Assembly (NCBI RefSeq): GCF_000186885.1
Contig: NC_014972.1
Coordinates: 2,850,001-2,882,000 of the forward strand
Length of the DNA stretch: 32,000 nucleotides
Direction: 5' to 3'
Source of the DNA: Desulfobulbus propionicus DSM 2032
Lineage (GTDB): Bacteria; Desulfobacterota; Desulfobulbia; Desulfobulbales; Desulfobulbaceae
Shown here: one piece after another, positions 25,166 to 32,000 of the stretch
How the letters are laid out: each line of letters begins with the position of its first letter
Position numbering within the stretch: the first letter of the stretch is position 1
Program-made: the position numbers and the translations under genes
The notes under the pieces: model-generated
Seen by the model: only the letters and a program-made list of their open reading frames with translations
Database searches by the model: none
Told to the model about the DNA's origin: nothing

Positions 25166-28100
25166 ACCCGGACCGCGTGCCCGTGCCAAAAGTGTCCGCC
25201 GAACCCTCGGCCGGCTTCCTCGGCCGCAGCCTGCGGCGGCAACTGCTGGTGGTGTTCGGATCGGCCATGGGGCTGCTGCTGGTCGTCAGTCTCGCCGGCA
25301 TTTTTTTCCTGGTGCGCACCACCGAACGGCAAGGCTGGATCGGCCGCCAGCACGAAGCAACCCAGCGGGTGGTGCACACGGTCGGCGAGTTCATGCAGCG
25401 GCAGCAGGAGGTGCTGCGCACCGTGGATCTGCTGGCGGGGGATCAACCAGGGGACACGGGCGCCACCCTGACCCAGCTCCTGCGCGAGCAGCCGATCATC
25501 AAGGAGCTGATCCAGGTCGATGCCGACGGCCGGGTTCTCGCCCGCGCCTCGACCGATGCGCCGGTGCTGGCCGACCTGTTCACCGTCGCCCAGGCCAACT
25601 GGTTCGTCACCGCCCGCCGGGGAGACACCTATATCGGCGACATGCAGTTGTCCGCGGCCACGGAGCCCTACGCGGTCTTTGCCGTGCCCGCCTCCCGGGG
25701 CGGGGTGATCGCCTGCCGTCTGCGGGTCGATCGTTTCAGCCAGCTGGTGGCAGAGCTCCATTTCGGCCGCGGCGGCATCTCCTATCTGGTCAGCCGCGAA
25801 GGCCGGGTCATCGCCCACAGCGGCTCCCGCCTGATTCCAGGCGCCCACGAACAGGGCCATCACCATCACCTGCTCGACCTGATCCGCACCACGGTCGACA
25901 GCTGGTCGGGCACCTATCAGAACTTCAACGGCCACTGGGTGGTGGGCACCATCGCCGCCGTGCCCGGCACCCCGTGGATGGCGGTCACCGAGCTTCCCCT
26001 GGAGGAGGCCCATGCGGCCAGCTGGCGGGCGCTGTGGACCCTGTTCATCGCCGCCCTGATCATCACCGCCACCCTCACCGTCCTGGTCACCTGGCTGCTC
26101 AAGCGTCAGTTCCTTGGCCCGCTCGAACAGTTGCAGCAGGGCGTGACGCAGATCGGCCACGGGGCGCTCGACCACCGCATTGTCCTTGCCGGGCCCTCCG
26201 AATACCTCCATCTCGCCGGGGCCTTCAACCACATGGCCGCCACCCTGCAGCAACGGGAAGCGCAGCTGGCCGAACAGAACAGGGCCATGCAGGCCAGCGA
26301 GGCCCGGTACCGCGCCATTGTCGAGGACCAGACCGAACTGGTCTGCCGCTATCTGCCCACCGGCGACATCACCTTTGCCAACGAAGCCTTCTGCCGCTAT
26401 TTCGACAGACCGCGCGACCAACTCGACGGCGTTGATTGCCGCCAGATGCTCTCCCCGGACAACCCGGAGGCAGCGCTGCGGCTGCTGGACACGCTGTGCC
26501 CGGCGCATCCGGTGGCACGTTCCGAGCATCGCCTCGTCCGGCCCGACGGCGAGATTCGCTGGCTGCACTGGACCAATCGGGCGATCTTCGACGACCGGGG
26601 CAACCTGGTGGAGTATGCCGGGGTCGGCCACGACGTCACCGAACGAAAGCAGACGGCCGAGGCCCTGCTCCGCACCAAGGAGGAAGCGGAGGCGGCCAAT
26701 CGGGCCAAATCGCGGTTTCTCGCCAACATGAGCCACGAGATCCGCACGCCGCTGAACGCGATCATCGGCATGACCCACCTGGCCATGCACACACGGGAGG
26801 ACGACAAACGGCAGCGGTTCCTCGCCACCGTGGCCCACGCCGCCGACAGTCTGCTCGGCCTGCTCAACGACATTCTCGACATTTCCAAGATGGAGGCCGG
26901 CCAGCTGTCCCTGGCCACGGAGCCGTTCGACCCGCGCCGGCTGGTCGAGGCCTCGGTTGCGACCCTGGCCGCCCAGGCCAGCGAAAAGGGCTTGGATCTG
27001 CGGCTGCACCTCGGCCCCGCCCTGCCCGACTGCCTGCTCGGCGATGCCCTGCGGCTGCGGCAGATCCTGCTCAACCTGCTCGGCAACGCGGTCAAGTTCA
27101 CCCCGGCCGGCACCATCACCCTGGAGGCCTTTGCCGAAGAGGCGGAGGATGCCGACAACCGGGTCTATCTCCATCTGCGGGTCACCGACACCGGCATCGG
27201 CATCCCGGCGGAAAAACTGGAGTTGATCTTCAACCGCTTTGAACAGGCGGATAACTCCTATGGCCGGCAGTATGGCGGCGCCGGCCTGGGGCTGTCCATC
27301 AGCGCCCAGCTGGCCGCCCTGATGCACGGTCGCCTTTGGGCGGAAAGCCGGGAAAACCAGGGCAGCACCTTCCACTGCCTCATCCCCTTCCCGCGCTGCG
27401 CGTGGCCGGCCGAGGCGAACGGGGCCGACAACGAAACCGGCACGGCTCCGGCTGTGTCCCGCCTGCGCATCCTGGTGGTCGATGACAACGAAGTCAATCG
27501 GGACGTGGCCGCCATGACCCTGGAACGCAACCACGCGGTCACCACCGCCGACAACGGCCTGGAGGCGTTGCGCACCCTGGCCGCCGAACCTGTCGACCTC
27601 GTGCTCATGGATGTGCAGATGCCGGTGATGGATGGTTTGGCGACCACGACGGTGATCCGGGCCATCGAACAGGGCCGCCCCCTTCCGGTCGAGTTGCCCG
27701 ACAACCTGGGACCGGCCCTCGCCGCCCGCCTGACCGGCCGTCGGCTGCCGATCATGGCCATGACCGCCCACGCCATGGACGGCGACCGCGACATGTGCCT
27801 CCAGGCCGGCATGGACGCCTATGTGACCAAGCCGTTCCAGCCCGACCAACTGACCATGGTGGTCGGTTCGCTGGCCCTGTCCCGCCCGGACGATGCCGCA
27901 CGTGCGGCTGTCGACGCCCCGCAGCAGCCGCCGGCCGTGTCTGTCCCCCAGAGCGTGGAACCGACCGCCGAGGCGGTGACCGCCTATCTCCTGGCCACCA
28001 CCCTCCTGGAAACGGACCAGGTGGCAAAAATCCTCGCCGCGGTGCGGACCAGCATGGCCGAACACCTGGACGCGGCCGATCACGCCTTCCGGACGGACGA

Positions 28101-28338
28101 CCTCGATGGCGTGGCCCGGGCCGCCCACACCCTCAAGGGCACCCTGATGCAGTGCGGCCTGGAGGTCTGGGCACGAATGGCCCAGGAGATCGTCGCCGCC
28201 ATCAGAACCACCCAGGTCCTGCCGCCCGCCGACCTGCTGGCCGACCTGCGCCAGGGCCTGGCCGAGCTGCTCGCCCCGGAACGGCCGGCGGACAGCGGCG
28301 GCCAAACCACCCCTTCGCGGCCTCACACGGTTGCCTGA
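25162..28338 (+). CDS. Tripartite hybrid sensor kinase (periplasmic Cache-like domain, HAMP, PAS, HisKA, HATPase_c, REC, Hpt)
   Basis: The start overlaps the upstream stop (ATGA at 25162-25165). It has two TM helices, the H-box MSHEIRTPLNAIIG (His codon 26734-26736), GGAGLGLSI, a REC domain DLVLMDVQMPVMDG (Asp codon 27610-27612), and an Hpt domain HTLKGTLMQCGL (His codon 28126-28128). Confidence 0.92.
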   Translation: MNPDRVPVPKVSAEPSAGFLGRSLRRQLLVVFGSAMGLLLVVSLAGIFFLVRTTERQGWIGRQHEATQRVVHTVGEFMQRQQEVLRTVDLLAGDQPGDTGATLTQLLREQPIIKELIQVDADGRVLARASTDAPVLADLFTVAQANWFVTARRGDTYIGDMQLSAATEPYAVFAVPASRGGVIACRLRVDRFSQLVAELHFGRGGISYLVSREGRVIAHSGSRLIPGAHEQGHHHHLLDLIRTTVDSWSGTYQNFNGHWVVGTIAAVPGTPWMAVTELPLEEAHAASWRALWTLFIAALIITATLTVLVTWLLKRQFLGPLEQLQQGVTQIGHGALDHRIVLAGPSEYLHLAGAFNHMAATLQQREAQLAEQNRAMQASEARYRAIVEDQTELVCRYLPTGDITFANEAFCRYFDRPRDQLDGVDCRQMLSPDNPEAALRLLDTLCPAHPVARSEHRLVRPDGEIRWLHWTNRAIFDDRGNLVEYAGVGHDVTERKQTAEALLRTKEEAEAANRAKSRFLANMSHEIRTPLNAIIGMTHLAMHTREDDKRQRFLATVAHAADSLLGLLNDILDISKMEAGQLSLATEPFDPRRLVEASVATLAAQASEKGLDLRLHLGPALPDCLLGDALRLRQILLNLLGNAVKFTPAGTITLEAFAEEAEDADNRVYLHLRVTDTGIGIPAEKLELIFNRFEQADNSYGRQYGGAGLGLSISAQLAALMHGRLWAESRENQGSTFHCLIPFPRCAWPAEANGADNETGTAPAVSRLRILVVDDNEVNRDVAAMTLERNHAVTTADNGLEALRTLAAEPVDLVLMDVQMPVMDGLATTTVIRAIEQGRPLPVELPDNLGPALAARLTGRRLPIMAMTAHAMDGDRDMCLQAGMDAYVTKPFQPDQLTMVVGSLALSRPDDAARAAVDAPQQPPAVSVPQSVEPTAEAVTAYLLATTLLETDQVAKILAAVRTSMAEHLDAADHAFRTDDLDGVARAAHTLKGTLMQCGLEVWARMAQEIVAAIRTTQVLPPADLLADLRQGLAELLAPERPADSGGQTTPSRPHTVA

Positions 28339-28351
28339 CCAAGGGACATCC

Positions 28352-29488
28352 ATGGAAACGCCCATTGTCCTTGTTGTCGATGACGAACCGACCAACCTGG
28401 CGGTGCTCGCCAACCTGCTGCGGCCGTTGTATACGGTGCGCGCCTGCAAATCCGGCGAACAGGCGCTGGCGGCGGCCATCCGCGAACCCCGGCCGGATCT
28501 GATCCTCCTGGATGTGATGATGCCCGGCATGGATGGCTTCTCCGTGCTCCACCGCTTGCGGCAGCATGAACACTCCAGGGATATTCCGGTCATCTTCGTC
28601 ACCGCGCTCAGCGATGAACTCGACGAGGAGCACGGCCTGCGGCTGGGGGCGGTGGACTACATCACCAAGCCGATCAAACCGGCGGTGGTGCTCTCCCGCG
28701 TCCAGGTCCACGTGGAGGTCAAGCAGGCCCGTGACCGGCTGAAGAGTCACAATGCCTGGCTGGAAACCGAGGTGGCGCGGCGGATGCAGGAAAACGTGCT
28801 CATCCAGGATGTCAGTCTGGCGGCCATGGCCCAGCTGGCGGAAACGCGGGATTCCGATCTCGGCAACCATATTGCCCGCACCCGGGCCTACGTGGAGACC
28901 CTGGCCCGCCGCCTCCAGCCCCATCCGCGCTTCGCCCGCGACCTGGACGAACTCAATCTGACCCGCATCGTCAAGGCTTCGCCGCTCCACGACATCGGCA
29001 AGATCGGCATTCCCGACCGTATCCTGCTCAAACCCGGCCCGCTGACGCCGGCGGAATGGGCCATCATGCAGACCCACTGCCGGATCGGCGGCAATGCCAT
29101 TGAACGGGCCATGAACACCACCCTGCGCCAATACGCGGACAGACCCGATCAGGCCAAACCCGAAGCGTTGATGTTTCTTGAGGTGGCCAAGGATATCGCC
29201 ATCAGCCATCACGAGCGCTGGGACGGCTCCGGCTATCCCGATGGCCTGGCGGGGGAGGCCATCCCGCTGGCGGCCCGCTTGATGGCCCTGGCCGACGTGT
29301 TCGACGCCCTGACCACCGAGCGCGTCTACAAGAAGCCCTGGCCGGTCGAAGCCGCCGTGGCCCTGGTCCGCGAGCAGAAGAACCGCCACTTCGATCCGGA
29401 TATCGTCGAGGCCTTCGAGGCCGAACTCGACACCTTGGTCGCCATTCAACACCGACTCACCGATCGCTGCCCCGGAGGCCTGACCTGA
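28352..29488 (+). CDS. Response regulator with HD-GYP output domain (RpfG-type c-di-GMP phosphodiesterase)
   Basis: ATG 28352 follows AAGGGA, 13 nt after the kinase stop. It has a REC domain (DLILLDVMMPGMDG...ITKP), then PLHDIGKIGIPD and HHERWDGSGYPDGL. Confidence 0.92.
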   Translation: METPIVLVVDDEPTNLAVLANLLRPLYTVRACKSGEQALAAAIREPRPDLILLDVMMPGMDGFSVLHRLRQHEHSRDIPVIFVTALSDELDEEHGLRLGAVDYITKPIKPAVVLSRVQVHVEVKQARDRLKSHNAWLETEVARRMQENVLIQDVSLAAMAQLAETRDSDLGNHIARTRAYVETLARRLQPHPRFARDLDELNLTRIVKASPLHDIGKIGIPDRILLKPGPLTPAEWAIMQTHCRIGGNAIERAMNTTLRQYADRPDQAKPEALMFLEVAKDIAISHHERWDGSGYPDGLAGEAIPLAARLMALADVFDALTTERVYKKPWPVEAAVALVREQKNRHFDPDIVEAFEAELDTLVAIQHRLTDRCPGGLT

Positions 29489-32000
29489 TGGACATCCCAG
29501 CCGCTCATGACAGGCACAACGAACAGGGGACCGCAATGCTGGAGCAGGCCCCCTGCCCCCTGCTGATCACCCGCATGGACGACGGCCGCCTCCTGTACTG
29601 CAATGTCCGGGCAAGGCAGCTGTTCGGCCTGGACGGGGAAACGTGCCGCCTGGTGTCGATCGAACAGTTCTATCACCATCCCGCCGATCGGGCCGATCTG
29701 CTCGATACCCTGCGGCACGACGGGTTTGTGGTTGAACGGGAACAGGAGTTTGTGGATCGTCAGGGCAGAGCCTTCCCCGCCCTGGTGTCATCGACGCTGG
29801 TGGAGTACGGCACCCAGCCGGCCCTGCTGAGCGTGATCACCGACATCAGTCAACGCCGCCAGGCCGAACAGGCCCTGCAGCAGGAACGCGCCCAACTGCG
29901 TGCCCGCACCGAACGCCTCCAGCTGCACAACCAGCTGCTCGGCCGTCTGTCCACCGCCCAAACCGCCATCGATGGCGACCTGCCGGCCTTTGCCCGCGAG
30001 GTGACCGAGCTGTTGGCCGAGTCCCTCGATATCGCCCGGGTTTCGGTCTGGATGTTTAGGGAGACAGACGATGCGGCCGGCCAGCTCATTTGCCTCGACC
30101 TCTACGAGCAGGCCAGCCGCACCCACACCCGGGGCCAGATCCTGCACGGGGAAATGTTCCGCCGCGAACTGCCCGAACTCGCCACCCGCCGGTTCGTGGC
30201 CGCCAGCGACCCGCTGAGCGATCCACGAACCGCAGCCTATGGCCCTGCCTACCTGACGCCCCTGGGCATCACTTCCCTGCTGGACTGCGGCATTGTATCC
30301 GGCGGCCGCACCCGGGGGGTGATCTGCTTCGAACATGTCCGCCGTCCCCACTATTGGGAGGCGGATGAAATCGCTTTTGGCTGCCAGGTCGCCGATCAGC
30401 TGGGCATGGTGCTGCTCACCGACGAGCGGCTGCAAGTGGTCCAATCGCTGCACCGCAGCGAGCAGCTTCTCAAACAGGCCCAGGAAGTGGCCCAGACCGG
30501 GTACTGGCATTTTGACTTCGCCACCCGGACCCTGTCGCTGTCCGACGAAACCTACCGCATCTTCGACGCGCCCGAGGGGTCCATGCGCTCGATCGAAGCC
30601 TTTAACCGGATGGTTCCGCCCGAGGACCGCCCCCTGATCGAGCAGCAATGGCGTATTGCCCGCCAAGGCGCGCCCTACCGGGTTCGTCATCGAATCCTGG
30701 TCGGCGGCGTGGTCAAATGGCTCGAGGAGCGGGCCAGCATCGAATTCGATGGCCAGGGAAAACCAATCCAGGCCCTGGGCACGACCCAGGACATCACCCG
30801 GCAGATGGAAGACCAGTTCCGGCTTGAGCGCCTCAACCGGGTGTATGCCATGCTCGGCCACAGCAACGAGGCCATTGCCCGTGTTCGCGATCCCGAACGG
30901 CTGTTCGCGGAAATCTGCCACATCGTAGTGAATGAGGGCGGATTCGACGCCGCCTGGATCGGCCAGGCCAATGCAAATGGACAGATAGCGGTCCTGGCCC
31001 GGGTGGGATTGGACGACGACGCCCTGGCCCGGCTCGACCTGTCGCTCGCCGGCGTGTCACCCGCGGCCCGAGCCCTGCGCGCCGGCACGACCCAGCTTGA
31101 TGACCAGGCCATGGAAACGCGGCCCATCGACCGCAGCCCCGAGGATGCCGCCACCGGCGCCACCCACCCCTCGTCCGCCGCCTTTCCCGTTCTGATCGAC
31201 GACGAGCCGCGCATCGTCCTCCATATCCACGCCCAGGACAAGCACCGATTCGACGATCAGCACATCGAGCTGTTTGCCCGCCTTGCCGGCAATCTCGGCA
31301 TTGCCCTGGAATTGGCGGCCGCGCGCGCCGCCGAACTCAACGCGGTCAACGAGCGGCTGCGCGTGAGCGAGGAGCGCCACGCCTTTGCCCTTGAGGCCTC
31401 CAACGACGGTTTGTGGGACTGGGATCTCGATACCGGCCGAGTGTACTGCAGCCCCTCCTTTTTCACCATGCTGGGATATACCCCTGGGGAACTTGTGCCC
31501 CACATCCAAAGCTGGCACGAATTGGTCCATCCCGACGATCGCGCATGGGTATCGGCCGAGGCCTACCGGCGGATTGCCGAGGAAGGCGGCTTTGAGCTCG
31601 AATACCGTTCTCGCACCAAGGACGGCCGCTCGCTCTGGGTGCTGAGCCGGGGCAAGGTGGTGGCCCGCGCCCCTGACGGCCGTCCCCTGCGGGTGGTGGG
31701 GGTCCACACCGACCTCACCACCCACAAGCGCATCGAACTGGAGTTGCGCACCGTTGCCGAGGAGCAGCAGGCGATCCTCAATGCCGCGCCCGTGGGCATC
31801 TGCTTTATCAAGGACCGGACGGTCGTCCGCTGCAACCGCAAACTCGAGGAGATTTTCGGTCATGCGCCCGGTGCCATGGCCGGAACCAGCACTCTCCCCT
31901 GGTACGAAAGCGAGGCCGAATACCAGGAGATCGGCCGCACCATTGCCCATGCGCTCAAGGAACAGGCCCTATTTCACGCCGAGCGCCAGCTCGTGCGTCA
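29488..32000 (+). CDS. Multi-sensor PAS-GAF-PAS-GAF-PAS-PAS signalling protein, 3' end (output domain) outside the window
   Basis: This ORF is not in the supplied track because no stop lies in the window. My hand translation from ATG 29488 (overlapping the upstream TGA as TGATG, with GGAGG at 29474-29478) gives 837 sense codons with no stop. PAS-like blocks include LLSVITDISQRRQAEQAL, GTTQDITRQ and VGVHTDLTTHKRIE. GAF-like blocks include IARVSVWMF...GVICFEH and FDAAWIGQA...VLHIHAQ. Confidence 0.85.
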   Translation, partial: MDIPAAHDRHNEQGTAMLEQAPCPLLITRMDDGRLLYCNVRARQLFGLDGETCRLVSIEQFYHHPADRADLLDTLRHDGFVVEREQEFVDRQGRAFPALVSSTLVEYGTQPALLSVITDISQRRQAEQALQQERAQLRARTERLQLHNQLLGRLSTAQTAIDGDLPAFAREVTELLAESLDIARVSVWMFRETDDAAGQLICLDLYEQASRTHTRGQILHGEMFRRELPELATRRFVAASDPLSDPRTAAYGPAYLTPLGITSLLDCGIVSGGRTRGVICFEHVRRPHYWEADEIAFGCQVADQLGMVLLTDERLQVVQSLHRSEQLLKQAQEVAQTGYWHFDFATRTLSLSDETYRIFDAPEGSMRSIEAFNRMVPPEDRPLIEQQWRIARQGAPYRVRHRILVGGVVKWLEERASIEFDGQGKPIQALGTTQDITRQMEDQFRLERLNRVYAMLGHSNEAIARVRDPERLFAEICHIVVNEGGFDAAWIGQANANGQIAVLARVGLDDDALARLDLSLAGVSPAARALRAGTTQLDDQAMETRPIDRSPEDAATGATHPSSAAFPVLIDDEPRIVLHIHAQDKHRFDDQHIELFARLAGNLGIALELAAARAAELNAVNERLRVSEERHAFALEASNDGLWDWDLDTGRVYCSPSFFTMLGYTPGELVPHIQSWHELVHPDDRAWVSAEAYRRIAEEGGFELEYRSRTKDGRSLWVLSRGKVVARAPDGRPLRVVGVHTDLTTHKRIELELRTVAEEQQAILNAAPVGICFIKDRTVVRCNRKLEEIFGHAPGAMAGTSTLPWYESEAEYQEIGRTIAHALKEQALFHAERQLVR

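Noticed and set aside
508-31950. Many very long antisense ORFs in the track: 508-2445 (-), 2363-3625 (+), 5389-8013 (+), 8447-9475 (-), 14550-16409 (-), 16515-18722 (-), 18922-20484 (-), 21557-23881 (-), 24008-25189 (-), 25105-28602 (-), 28202-29536 (-), 29788-30921 (-), 31057-31950 (-).
   Set aside because: Each lies opposite a gene with unmistakable family motifs. Their translations are Arg/Gly/Pro/Ala-rich low-complexity sequence with no recognisable domains. Stop-free antisense frames are expected in GC3-rich genomes.
1-32000. Search for CRISPR repeats, tRNA/rRNA genes, transposases, integrases, phage genes and defence-system hallmarks.
   Set aside because: I saw no regularly spaced direct repeats and no tRNA-like T-arm (GGTTCGAATCC-type) in any intergenic gap. 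No ORF has transposase, recombinase, nuclease-helicase or toxin-antitoxin signatures. All sizeable ORFs are accounted for above.

Overview
High-GC chromosomal DNA (roughly 60-65% G+C by eye, strongly GC3-biased) from a Gram-negative bacterium. It encodes an outer-membrane beta-barrel, a probable lipoprotein and periplasmic sensor domains. The gene content (sigma-54 activator, many hybrid kinases, HD-GYP, CHASE4, TorF-like porin) resembles Desulfobacterota/deltaproteobacteria, but I cannot identify the organism. About 1-14 kb is mostly housekeeping or accessory single genes: sppA, rtcB, a Gate-like membrane protein, a tandem USP, a PqqL-like M16 peptidase, an SDR, rpmB, a CdaA-YbbR fusion, a TorF-like porin and an AEC transporter. 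From about 14.2 kb to the right edge everything is on the + strand and is signal transduction. The order is stand-alone Hpt, NtrC-type sigma-54 activator, MCP behind a near-consensus sigma-54 promoter, dCache hybrid kinase and CHASE4/PAS hybrid kinase. These are followed by a tightly coupled block: orphan PotD-like binding protein, tripartite HK-REC-Hpt kinase, REC-HD-GYP regulator and a PAS/GAF multisensor. The multisensor runs off the window and is absent from the supplied ORF track; I found it by hand translation. I saw no rRNA, tRNA, CRISPR array, transposase or integrase. The long antisense ORFs in the track are high-GC shadow frames. The best candidates for new biology are the binding-protein-coupled phosphorelay feeding an HD-GYP enzyme, the CdaA-YbbR fusion with a variant RHR motif, and the Hpt/NtrC/sigma-54/MCP circuit. 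All functional links are inference from sequence only.
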